Assembly: GCA_001766815.1 (NCBI GenBank)
Contig: LYOS01000001.1
Location: 360,001 to 392,000 of the forward strand
Direction of reading: 5' to 3'
From: Candidatus Syntropharchaeum caldarium
GTDB lineage: Archaea; Halobacteriota; Syntropharchaeia; Syntropharchaeales; Syntropharchaeaceae
DNA: 32,000 nt
Each line of letters opens with the position of its first letter. Position 1 is the stretch's first letter. A program made the translations under genes and the position numbers. This document shows, one piece after another, positions 1 to 7,670 of this stretch. The notes beneath the pieces were generated by a model. It was not told the DNA's origin and did not search any database. It worked only from the letters and a program-made list of their open reading frames with translations.

Positions 1-412
1 CTGCCCCGATCTCAGAAGTATTGACGCCAGCATGTATGATCTCGACTGCATTTTCAACAGCCTTTCTCGATGCCTCAACAAGCTCTGGATGATCCCCTAA
101 ATCGACAGTAAATGCAGTATCTGCGATGTAGCCATCGATATGCGCTCCAAGATCGATCTTCACAACCATCCCTTCTTCAAAGACCTGCTCATCATTCTTT
201 TCTGGCGTTGCATGCGCTGCAACATCATCTATTGAGATATTGCATGGAAACGCAGGCTCTGCACCACTTTTAAGGATTTCACTTTCGATAAACTCGGCAA
301 CATCAAGCAGCTTACCTCCTACTATAACCTTCCCTTTTGCTTTATTCTTTACCTCTGCAAGTATCTTTCCTGCTCTTCGATGCTTATCAAGTGCCTCGTC
401 AAGATCTTTCAT
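1..412 (-). CDS. map: Methionine aminopeptidase type 2 (archaeal), first 137 codons; 3' end lies beyond window start
   Basis: Own translation of the minus strand from ATG at 412..410 gives MKDLDEALDKHRRAGKILAEV...PAFPCNISIDDVAAHATP...VKIDLGAHIDGYIADTAFTV, a typical MetAP2 N-terminal half. It is not in the ORF track because it runs off the window edge. Confidence 0.85.
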   Translation of the reverse strand, partial: MKDLDEALDKHRRAGKILAEVKNKAKGKVIVGGKLLDVAEFIESEILKSGAEPAFPCNISIDDVAAHATPEKNDEQVFEEGMVVKIDLGAHIDGYIADTAFTVDLGDHPELVEASRKAVENAVEIIHAGVNTSEIGA

Positions 413-439
413 CGTATATTCAGGTAGGGGTGGAGGTAT

Positions 440-1639
440 TTATCTCTTCGCCAGTTTTATTCCCACATCTTCAACAATCCTCAATACCTCCCTCACCGGA
501 AGTCCAACTTCACCCGCTATCCTTCTGCAGTCCTCAAACTCAGGCGAGATATTAATGACCTCACCCGTGAGATCCTCTGCGATCTTGACCTTTGCTTCAA
601 AGATCTCATTGCAGATAGAAATTTTAACAGTCTCAAGACGCCGTTTCAGGATCAATCTGTGGCTCACCGGCATAACCCTAACACCAAGTGTACCTGTCAG
701 CTTCATCATCTCTCTGGCAATCTCCATGCCATCCCCGGAATCCACGATGACCTGTATTATATACCCGGGTCTCCCCTTCTTCATCACAACAGGTATGACC
801 GCAACATCGAGAGCACCAGCTGCGAGTAATGAATCAATGAGGTCACCAAGCACCTCCCCCGTCACGTCATCTACCGTTGTCTCGAGCACCTCGATCGCAT
901 CGCGAATAAGCACCTCCTCTTTCACTTCGCAGATCACTGCTCGAAGCAGATTCACAACCTCATGATCTCTTGAGCCTGCACCATAGCCGATCCTTTCGAT
1001 CTTCATGGGTGGAAAGTGCTCAGAACACTTTGAGACGAAATCACTCAGTATCGCGGCCCCTGTGGGTGTTAAAAGTTCTGAATCAACAGGCCCTCCTGAC
1101 CATATCAGATTCGACGATCGCAGAATCTCAAGCGTTGCCGGGGCAGGAACCGGCAGTATCCCATGATGATGAGACCTGACAAATCCTCCTCCCACATAAA
1201 CCACGGTTGATAATACTTCCAGGCCGAGATCCATGATCGCTGCAACTGAACCGATAACATCTGCGATCGCATCCAGCTGCCCGACCTCGTGGAAGATCAA
1301 TCTATCACGAGGTATACCATGAACACGCGATTCTGCATCAGCGATACGTTCAAATATTGATATTGCATGATCTAAAAGATCGTCTTCGATCTTACCATTC
1401 CTGAGCAGGGATAAAACCTCAGGATAGGTTCGCTTCGCATGGTCTGAAGTCTCAACGATCACCTGCTTTGCAGCAATTCCGCCTCGTTTTACATCCTGTA
1501 TCTTAATTACAACCTTATCGCCACAGATTGCAGAAACCGCTCCACGCACCGCCTCAGGGTCTGCCCCAAGATCGATGAGTGAAGCGAGGATCATATCCCC
1601 TGATGCACCCGAGAATGGATTGAAAAGTAAGCATTTCAT
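440..1639 (-). CDS. larC: LarC-family nickel insertion protein (DUF111; nickel-pincer cofactor biosynthesis)
   Basis: 399-aa ORF. The N-terminus MKCLLFNPFSGASGDM and the overall length match the LarC/DUF111 family. Its ATG overlaps the stop of the upstream gene by 4 nt. Confidence 0.85.
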   Translation of the reverse strand: MKCLLFNPFSGASGDMILASLIDLGADPEAVRGAVSAICGDKVVIKIQDVKRGGIAAKQVIVETSDHAKRTYPEVLSLLRNGKIEDDLLDHAISIFERIADAESRVHGIPRDRLIFHEVGQLDAIADVIGSVAAIMDLGLEVLSTVVYVGGGFVRSHHHGILPVPAPATLEILRSSNLIWSGGPVDSELLTPTGAAILSDFVSKCSEHFPPMKIERIGYGAGSRDHEVVNLLRAVICEVKEEVLIRDAIEVLETTVDDVTGEVLGDLIDSLLAAGALDVAVIPVVMKKGRPGYIIQVIVDSGDGMEIAREMMKLTGTLGVRVMPVSHRLILKRRLETVKISICNEIFEAKVKIAEDLTGEVINISPEFEDCRRIAGEVGLPVREVLRIVEDVGIKLAKR

Positions 1640-1956
1640 GGTTTTGCATCCCGCTTAGGTCTGTATGGCAATCGCATAACTCTCCCGCACTCAAGGCATG
1701 TCGTTGTGATGTAACCGCGCCTGCTCTGAAGTCTTACTCTTGCGTTTTTTCCAGGGATCAGAAAGACAGAACAACCCCTGCACATATGTTGCTTCAAATC
1801 CCGCGGAATCCTCACGCGGTGCCGCATCCCGATCCGCTTTGCAAGTTGTAGATAACGCCTGCTTCGCTCAGGACACTCCTCTGCAAGCTCAAAGAGGCGA
1901 ATAATCCGTTCAAATGCGATCTTTCTGATCTTTGTCTTCTGTTTCCTGCGTTTCAT
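1636..1956 (-). CDS. rnp4: RNase P protein component 4 (Rpp21/Rnp4)
   Basis: 106-aa basic protein with an N-terminal helical region (IAFERIIRLFELAE) and a C-terminal zinc ribbon (CRGC...CLECG), typical of archaeal Rpp21. Confidence 0.85.
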   Translation of the reverse strand: MKRRKQKTKIRKIAFERIIRLFELAEECPERSRRYLQLAKRIGMRHRVRIPRDLKQHMCRGCSVFLIPGKNARVRLQSRRGYITTTCLECGRVMRLPYRPKRDAKP

Positions 1957-2009
1957 TCCTGATCTCAGAAACCTTACTCTTTTTATACAAGAAGATTAAA
2001 TTTCATCAG

Positions 2010-2735
2010 ATGATAGGAATTTCAACCTTCCCCTATATAACAATGAGCCTGTATGATGCATTGAGCGAGATAGAAAAACTCTCATCACATGCTGAAGTCT
2101 TATCAGAGAGCAGACATAACATACTTCTTTATGGCGAGGTTTTATCCAGCTTTAATCTCAAATACACAATTCATGCACCGATAACCGATATGAACTTCTC
2201 AAGCATTCATCCCCCAATCAGAGATGCTGCAATGGGCGTACTTGAGGATGTGATACGCTATGGAGTGGAAATAGGTGCCGAGGTCTTTGTTGTCCATCCT
2301 GGATATCTTGGCTGGATTACAGACCTTGAACTTGCACAACAGAGAATGCGAGTCTCGCTCAATGGGATGGAAGCACTCGCGAAGGAGTACGGTGTTCTGA
2401 TAGCCATCGAGAATCAGCCAGATCATGAGTATCTACTCTTCAGAACACCTGATCTGCTATCTGAGCTTGATGGTCTTGGATTCACACTCGATGTTGGACA
2501 TGCAAATACTGCTGGCATGCTACCTGACTTTCTGGAGCACCAGGTAGATCATCTCCACCTGCATGATAACAACGGTGAGACCGATGAGCATCTTGCGATC
2601 GGTGAAGGTAGTATTGACTTCAGCGAGGTTGCAAAAGCCACAAAGAGCAATGGAATCACAAAGATCCTTGAGTTAAGAGATGCAGAGGGTCTTGAGGCAA
2701 GTCTCAGCGAGCTGAAAAAAATTTACGAGGATTAA
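2010..2735 (+). CDS. Xylose-isomerase-like TIM-barrel protein (sugar phosphate isomerase/epimerase family)
   Basis: Motifs VVHPG, AIENQ, LDVGHAN and HLHLHDNNG. The start is taken at ATG 2010 (MIGIST...) rather than the ORF-track start 1932, which would overlap the divergent rnp4 gene. Confidence 0.7.
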   Translation: MIGISTFPYITMSLYDALSEIEKLSSHAEVLSESRHNILLYGEVLSSFNLKYTIHAPITDMNFSSIHPPIRDAAMGVLEDVIRYGVEIGAEVFVVHPGYLGWITDLELAQQRMRVSLNGMEALAKEYGVLIAIENQPDHEYLLFRTPDLLSELDGLGFTLDVGHANTAGMLPDFLEHQVDHLHLHDNNGETDEHLAIGEGSIDFSEVAKATKSNGITKILELRDAEGLEASLSELKKIYED

Positions 2736-2738
2736 GCT

Positions 2739-3161
2739 TTGATAAGGGCACGTGTAATTTCAGGTGGAAAGGTAGAAGGAGAGGTTTTACTCACACGTGA
2801 TGCGATCTCATTTCTCGGAAGTGTCGATCCAGCAAGCGGAACCATCATTGAAACTGGACATGAACTTTTCGGTAGAAAGATCAGTGGTCGGGTGCTCGTC
2901 TTCCCTCATGGAAAAGGCTCAACCGTGGGATCGTACGTGATCTATCAGCTCAAAAAGAGAGGTCTCGCACCGCTGGGAATGATAAACCAGAACTCAGAGC
3001 CTATCGTTGCACTTGGTGCGATCATATCTGAGATACCACTGCTGGACAGGCCATCGATCGATCTATTTGAGGTTTTGAAGGATGGAGATAGAATCATTCT
3101 TGATGGGGATAGAGGAGTTATTGAGATTGTAGATCAACGATCTCAAGTTCATCAATCTTAA
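2739..3161 (+). CDS. Aconitase X swivel-domain protein (DUF126), putative small subunit of mevalonate-5-phosphate dehydratase
   Basis: 140 aa with FLGSVDPASGTI and FPHGKGSTVGSYV motifs characteristic of DUF126/AcnX small subunits. TTG start lies 3 nt after the upstream stop. Confidence 0.7.
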   Translation: MIRARVISGGKVEGEVLLTRDAISFLGSVDPASGTIIETGHELFGRKISGRVLVFPHGKGSTVGSYVIYQLKKRGLAPLGMINQNSEPIVALGAIISEIPLLDRPSIDLFEVLKDGDRIILDGDRGVIEIVDQRSQVHQS

Positions 3162-3849
3162 GTCCGATGCGATCACCTGCATCGGTTATCCCGAGATCGC
3201 CTTTGATTACAAAGACCGGGATTTCCTCAAATCCGCGTTGCTTTGCCGCATACGCCCTGTGATGCCCATCTATGATATATGCCTTATCGTTCTTTTTTGT
3301 GATTATAATCGGATAAACGATCCCTTTATTGAATTCACTCAATCTTAACTGTAATTCATCTGAATCAAGATATTTTTGGGTTGGAACAAGTTTATCAACC
3401 TTTATTCTCCCTGATTCTACAGTAATATTTCGATCAAGGCTTTTGAAGATCTTGACCACCTTCTCAACATTTTCAGAGACCATATTCTCGATACATGCGC
3501 GCAGGATATCGGTTGTCGTGAGAAAACCAATGAACTTCCCGTCATCAACAACCGGCACGTGGTGGATATGGTTGTAAGCCATAACACCTGCAACCGATAC
3601 AATGCTCTCATCTGGTGAGACCTTAACAACGTCTTTGGTCATTACTTTGCTGACAGGATCATCGGGATTGCTTCCAACGAGGTCTCTGAGTGTCACGATA
3701 CCAATGAGGTGCTTCTGACCATCTGTCTCAATGATGACCGGTGCGCCATCGTGGTCTAAAGCCTTCATAACCTCTATAACTTTACCAACCTTTTTATTGG
3801 GTGGAAAGAAGATTGAGTGCTCGCTCATGTAGTCTCTGACGCTTATCAT
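3118..3849 (-). CDS. CBS-domain pair fused to a ParB/sulfiredoxin-like domain (DGHHR motif)
   Basis: The N-terminal ~125 aa form two CBS repeats (IGIVTLRDL, GFLTTTDIL). The C-terminal ~100 aa are ParB-N/Srx-like (VPTQKYLD...AYIIDGHHRAYAAKQRG). SD GAGGTGGT lies 6 nt upstream of the ATG. Confidence 0.75.
   Translation of the reverse strand: MISVRDYMSEHSIFFPPNKKVGKVIEVMKALDHDGAPVIIETDGQKHLIGIVTLRDLVGSNPDDPVSKVMTKDVVKVSPDESIVSVAGVMAYNHIHHVPVVDDGKFIGFLTTTDILRACIENMVSENVEKVVKIFKSLDRNITVESGRIKVDKLVPTQKYLDSDELQLRLSEFNKGIVYPIIITKKNDKAYIIDGHHRAYAAKQRGFEEIPVFVIKGDLGITDAGDRIGLKIDELEIVDLQSQ
3121..3146. terminator. 10-bp palindromic hairpin inside the 44-nt overlap of two convergent genes (possible bidirectional terminator/3'-end element)
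   Basis: TTGAGATTGT-AGATCA-ACGATCTCAA: 3121-3130 pairs with 3137-3146 (one G-T wobble), with a 6-nt loop. Confidence 0.3.
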
Positions 3850-3884
3850 TGTCGTACCACCTCAGGTAAATGAAAGTGAATAAT

Positions 3885-3897
3885 GTTAAATATTAAG
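3885..3897. promoter_or_regulatory. Shared AT-rich TATA-like element in a 68-bp divergent intergenic region
   Basis: GTTAAATATTAAG is centred ~27 nt upstream of the HDAC ATG (3918), implying a leaderless mRNA. It is ~42 nt upstream of the CBS-ParB ATG (3849), leaving a ~16-nt leader that carries the SD. Confidence 0.3.
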
Positions 3898-3917
3898 TGG
3901 CTGAAGTATAGATAAAG

Positions 3918-4934
3918 ATGTCGACAGGATACGTCTACCACCCGATCTATCTGAAGCATAACACAGGTGCGCATCCTGAACGTAGTGAACGGTTGATTGC
4001 GATACTGGATCTTTTGAAAAAGAGAAATGTGCTTGATCGGCTTGTAAAGATAAATGCTGAGAGAGCGTCGATCAAAGAGATCGAGTATAATCATGACCCT
4101 GCATATATCAAGCACGTTCAGGCGGTCTCTGAGCGCGAAGGTGCACTTGATCTGGACACACCTGTATCAAAGGATTCATTTGATGCTGCGCTCTATGCGG
4201 CGGGTGGGCTTATCGGTGCAGTTGATCAGGTTATAAGTAAGAATGTAACAAACGCATTCGCACTTGTAAGACCGCCGGGGCACCATGCAGAATACGCAAA
4301 GGGTATGGGATTCTGCCTCTTCAACAATGTGGCGATCGCAGCCAGGCATCTGAAACTGCACCATGGACTGCAACGCATCCTCATAATCGACTGGGACGTC
4401 CATCATGGTAACGGAACAGAACATTCATTCTACGATGATCCGTCTGTTCTTTACTTCTCAATCCACCAGTACCCGCATTATCCCGGGACAGGAAGGATCG
4501 ATGACATCGGATCTGGTGAGGGAGAGGGTTTTACCGTAAATGTTCCGTTGCCACCTGGGGTAGGGGATAAAGGCTATCTTGAGGTGATGAACGAGGTGCT
4601 TCTACCGATTGCAACCGAGTTCAATCCTGAGTTTATACTGATCTCATCGGGATCAGATCTCCATAAACTTGATCCACTGGGTGGCATGAATGTAACATCC
4701 CCTGCTTTTGGTAAGTTCACAGATATTGTGAGGGAGATCGGAGATGGGGTTGTGGTCACACTTGAAGGTGGATACGATCTTACGGGGCTTTCTGAGTCGG
4801 TTCTTGCAATATTTGGTTCACTTGCAGGCATAGAAGTTGATACAGGCGAGATGGCACTCGACAGGAGTGAACGGGATGTTGCTGATGTGATATCAAACGT
4901 TAAAAAAGTCCAGCGATCATACTGGAATATTTAA
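3918..4934 (+). CDS. Histone deacetylase-family amidohydrolase (AcuC / acetylpolyamine amidohydrolase-like)
   Basis: Motifs RPPGHHA, DWDVHHGNGT and LEGGYDL; 338 aa. Confidence 0.88.
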   Translation: MSTGYVYHPIYLKHNTGAHPERSERLIAILDLLKKRNVLDRLVKINAERASIKEIEYNHDPAYIKHVQAVSEREGALDLDTPVSKDSFDAALYAAGGLIGAVDQVISKNVTNAFALVRPPGHHAEYAKGMGFCLFNNVAIAARHLKLHHGLQRILIIDWDVHHGNGTEHSFYDDPSVLYFSIHQYPHYPGTGRIDDIGSGEGEGFTVNVPLPPGVGDKGYLEVMNEVLLPIATEFNPEFILISSGSDLHKLDPLGGMNVTSPAFGKFTDIVREIGDGVVVTLEGGYDLTGLSESVLAIFGSLAGIEVDTGEMALDRSERDVADVISNVKKVQRSYWNI

Positions 4935-4943
4935 AAGGGGTCA

Positions 4944-5555
4944 TTGATGGAGATAGAGCTTCCAGAATCCGAGAAGAAGGGTACTTTATCTATAGAGGAA
5001 GCAATATTCAGGCGCAGGTCATGCAGGCATTTTGTACCTGATTCAATAACCCTCAAGGCAGTTTCACAGCTTCTATGGGCTGCAAATGGGTTCAGAGATA
5101 GGGAAGGGTTGTTTCGAACTGCACCCTCTGCTGGAAAGACACATCCAATATTTCTATACATCGTTACCGGCGATAATGGTGTGAAAGGGCTTGACGCGGG
5201 TGTTTATGCATACCTGCCTGCAAGTCACAAACTCAGACTGATTACCAGAGGTGACCTGAGGCAGGAACTTCGCGAAGCTTCGCTCAAACAGGCTTTTATT
5301 GGTATTGCACCTGTTTCGATTGTTATAACAGCCGAATATGCAAGGACAACCAGAAAGTACAGGGAACGTGGTCTGCGGTATGTTCATTTCGAGGTCGGGC
5401 ATGTCAGCGAAAATATATACCTTCAGGTGCTATCTCTCGGACTCGAAACTGTTGCAGTAGGTTCGTTCATCGATTATGAGGTTTCAAAACTCCTGAATCT
5501 GCCAGAAGAGCACGAACCACTCTACATAATGCCGGTAGGTTATCCAGAGAGGTAA
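4944..5555 (+). CDS. SagB-type / nitroreductase-family FMN oxidoreductase
   Basis: RRSCRHF N-terminal motif, LLWAANG, and ~200 aa length typical of the nitroreductase fold. Starts 9 nt after the HDAC stop. Confidence 0.75.
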   Translation: MMEIELPESEKKGTLSIEEAIFRRRSCRHFVPDSITLKAVSQLLWAANGFRDREGLFRTAPSAGKTHPIFLYIVTGDNGVKGLDAGVYAYLPASHKLRLITRGDLRQELREASLKQAFIGIAPVSIVITAEYARTTRKYRERGLRYVHFEVGHVSENIYLQVLSLGLETVAVGSFIDYEVSKLLNLPEEHEPLYIMPVGYPER

Positions 5556-5560
5556 AAAAA

Positions 5561-6682
5561 ATGGAGAAAGACGAAAAAATATTGATCATCTGCATCGACC
5601 GTGATGATGATCTCGGAAGGAAAACGGGAATTGAGACTCCGATTATTGGAAGAGAAGTAAATCTTAAGTCTGCAATGGAACTGGGACTTGCTGACCCTGA
5701 AGAATCTGATATGAACTGTATTCTCGGCGGGATAAAGTTGTATGATCGATTGATCGCAGAAAAACGAGAGGTTGAGATTGTGACACTCGGAGGATCGGAA
5801 GAGGTCGGTGTGGTATCTGATATGATCATCGCAGAAAAGCTCGATAATGTTCTGGAAAGAATTGAAGCAACGCGTGCAATCGTCGTATCTGATGGTGCAG
5901 ATGATGAGTTTATACTTCCATTAATCCAGTCACGAATCCCAATCGATTCGGTTCATCGGGTCGTTGTGAGGCAGAGTGAGCGGCTTGAGAGTGCATTCTA
6001 CCTTATAAAACAGACGCTGCTTGATCCACGTTTCTCAAGATCTACATTGATCCCTGCGGGGCTTGTATCTCTGATATACGCGGTTTCAATCATTTTTGGA
6101 CATCCTGAATGGGCAACAGTCTCTATATTTGCATTTATCGGAATATATCTTTTATTTCTTGGAGTTGGACTTGGAGACCTCATGCAAAACTTTTTTAGCG
6201 CCGTAAAAGAGTCGTTCTATGGTGGGAAGATCACATTTGTGACGTACATTGCTGCGCTCATCATTGCCCTTGTGGGAACAGTTCAGGGGGGTGTCGGAAC
6301 ATGGAATTACTATGTGCTCCATTACTCAGAACTCCCTGGTTATCTCCTCCTTTTTATGGTCTTTCTGAACGAATCGATCTGGTGGTACACCGGTGCTGGA
6401 GTTCTCTCATGGTGTGGACGGATGATAAACATGTACCTTGATCGCGGCGCGTACTGGCGTCACTGGGCTTCTCCGCTTATTATCTTAGCCTTCGGGCTGA
6501 TGATGTGGGGTGGTAGTGAATCTGTAAGACTTATCCTCGAGGGTTCATCGGGAGAGGGAGTTCGCCTCCTGATATTCTCGATCATGGGTGCTGTACTCAT
6601 ATCTATAATCGGTGTCTGGATCTCACAATCGATAAAAAACTATTACAGCGAGGATGATCAGATTGAAAAAGATATTATATGA
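5561..6682 (+). CDS. DUF373-family archaeal membrane protein (soluble N-domain plus polytopic C-domain)
   Basis: N-terminus ILIICIDRDDDLGRKTGIETPIIGR resembles my recollection of DUF373. It is followed by several hydrophobic helices. Starts 5 nt after the previous stop. Confidence 0.6.
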   Translation: MEKDEKILIICIDRDDDLGRKTGIETPIIGREVNLKSAMELGLADPEESDMNCILGGIKLYDRLIAEKREVEIVTLGGSEEVGVVSDMIIAEKLDNVLERIEATRAIVVSDGADDEFILPLIQSRIPIDSVHRVVVRQSERLESAFYLIKQTLLDPRFSRSTLIPAGLVSLIYAVSIIFGHPEWATVSIFAFIGIYLLFLGVGLGDLMQNFFSAVKESFYGGKITFVTYIAALIIALVGTVQGGVGTWNYYVLHYSELPGYLLLFMVFLNESIWWYTGAGVLSWCGRMINMYLDRGAYWRHWASPLIILAFGLMMWGGSESVRLILEGSSGEGVRLLIFSIMGAVLISIIGVWISQSIKNYYSEDDQIEKDII

Positions 6683-7670
6683 TGATATTGGGAGTTTTCC
6701 ACTTCCAGAAGGTATAAAAAAACAGAAGATGGAACGGCTGATCAGAAAACGAAAGCCAGAGGCAATACGCATCATAGAAGATTCGATGCAGATGAAGATT
6801 GACTCAGGGGTTGAGATCCCAAACTACCCGCAATTTTTATCGATGATCGATCAGTTCCTCAAGCCGATGATGGATGTGAAGCGGTGCGAGGGTCCATTCT
6901 TGATCAGAGAGGATGAAGCGGTGATCGATGAACTTGAGATGCTTGAACCGTTTGCACGTAGATACGTAGATGAGACAGGGGAGCGGCTCAAGATTCGAGT
7001 TTGTGTAACAGGACCATGTGAGCTTTATCACTTCAAGTTTGGGGACCGAATATACGAGGATCTTCTTAATAACATCTCAAAATCGATAGATCGATTCATA
7101 AAGCGTGCTGCAGAGTTTTCACCGTACTTCGATCTCAAAACAGTGAGCCTTGATGAACCAAGTCTTGGAATCGTCCCTTTTACAGACGAGATGCTAAAGG
7201 CGCTTGATGTTGCAGCAGCGTATGCAGCCAGTGCAGGGATCGATGTTCAGATCCATCTTCATACTCCAATACTGTATGAATCGATATGTAAAACCGATAA
7301 CATCAAAATCATCGGAATTGAGTCTGCTGCAAACCCCAAATTCCTTGATCTGGTTGACCCAGAAGTTTTGAAACGACATGGGAAGTTTTTGCGTATCGGA
7401 GTTGCACGAACAGATCTTTTCAGGATGGGAGCTGAGTTCAATGAAGCCCATGATGCAAACGTCTTTGGGGATGTTAAGGATCTTGAGCAACTTGTTGAGA
7501 CGATGGTATCACCTGAAATTGTACATGCCAACTTCACGCACGCATACGAGATCTTCGGAGATCTGATAAAGTATGTGGGTCCCGACTGCGGGCTTGGGTC
7601 ATGGAAGAGCCAGCAGATCGCATCCAGAGTTCTTGCGAATGTTAAGAAAGGGATAGCGGATCTTGTATGA
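6654..7670 (+). CDS. Short (core) MetE-like methyltransferase, cobalamin-independent methionine synthase family
   Basis: Aligns by eye to the MetE catalytic domain: DDIGSFP (cf. TIGSFPQT), SLDEPSL (cf. QIDEPAL), QIHLHTP (cf. QIHTHMC), IGIESAAN (cf. ITIETSRS), GPDCGLGSW (cf. NPDCGLKTR). Overlaps the upstream gene by 29 nt. Confidence 0.65.
   Translation: MIRLKKILYDDIGSFPLPEGIKKQKMERLIRKRKPEAIRIIEDSMQMKIDSGVEIPNYPQFLSMIDQFLKPMMDVKRCEGPFLIREDEAVIDELEMLEPFARRYVDETGERLKIRVCVTGPCELYHFKFGDRIYEDLLNNISKSIDRFIKRAAEFSPYFDLKTVSLDEPSLGIVPFTDEMLKALDVAAAYAASAGIDVQIHLHTPILYESICKTDNIKIIGIESAANPKFLDLVDPEVLKRHGKFLRIGVARTDLFRMGAEFNEAHDANVFGDVKDLEQLVETMVSPEIVHANFTHAYEIFGDLIKYVGPDCGLGSWKSQQIASRVLANVKKGIADLV

Noticed and set aside
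240-965. 241-aa plus-strand ORF in the track (also 337..555 and 970..1179).
   Set aside because: It is antisense to the well-supported larC and map genes. The sequence is Ser/Thr/Ile-rich and low-complexity with no recognisable motif, a typical shadow ORF.
440-1639. LarC without adjacent larB, larE or larA, considered as an orphan cofactor-maturation gene of special interest.
   Set aside because: I cannot tell from this window whether larB, larE or larA lie elsewhere in the genome, so absence of adjacent partners carries little weight, and nothing in the sequence itself is unusual (single uninterrupted ORF).
3118-5555. ParB-like nuclease plus deacetylase plus nitroreductase, considered as a possible defence or anti-phage module.
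   Set aside because: There are no accompanying nuclease, ATPase or sensor genes typical of defence systems, and I noticed no obvious compositional contrast with the flanks. The flanking genes are core metabolism. A housekeeping or regulatory role is more parsimonious.
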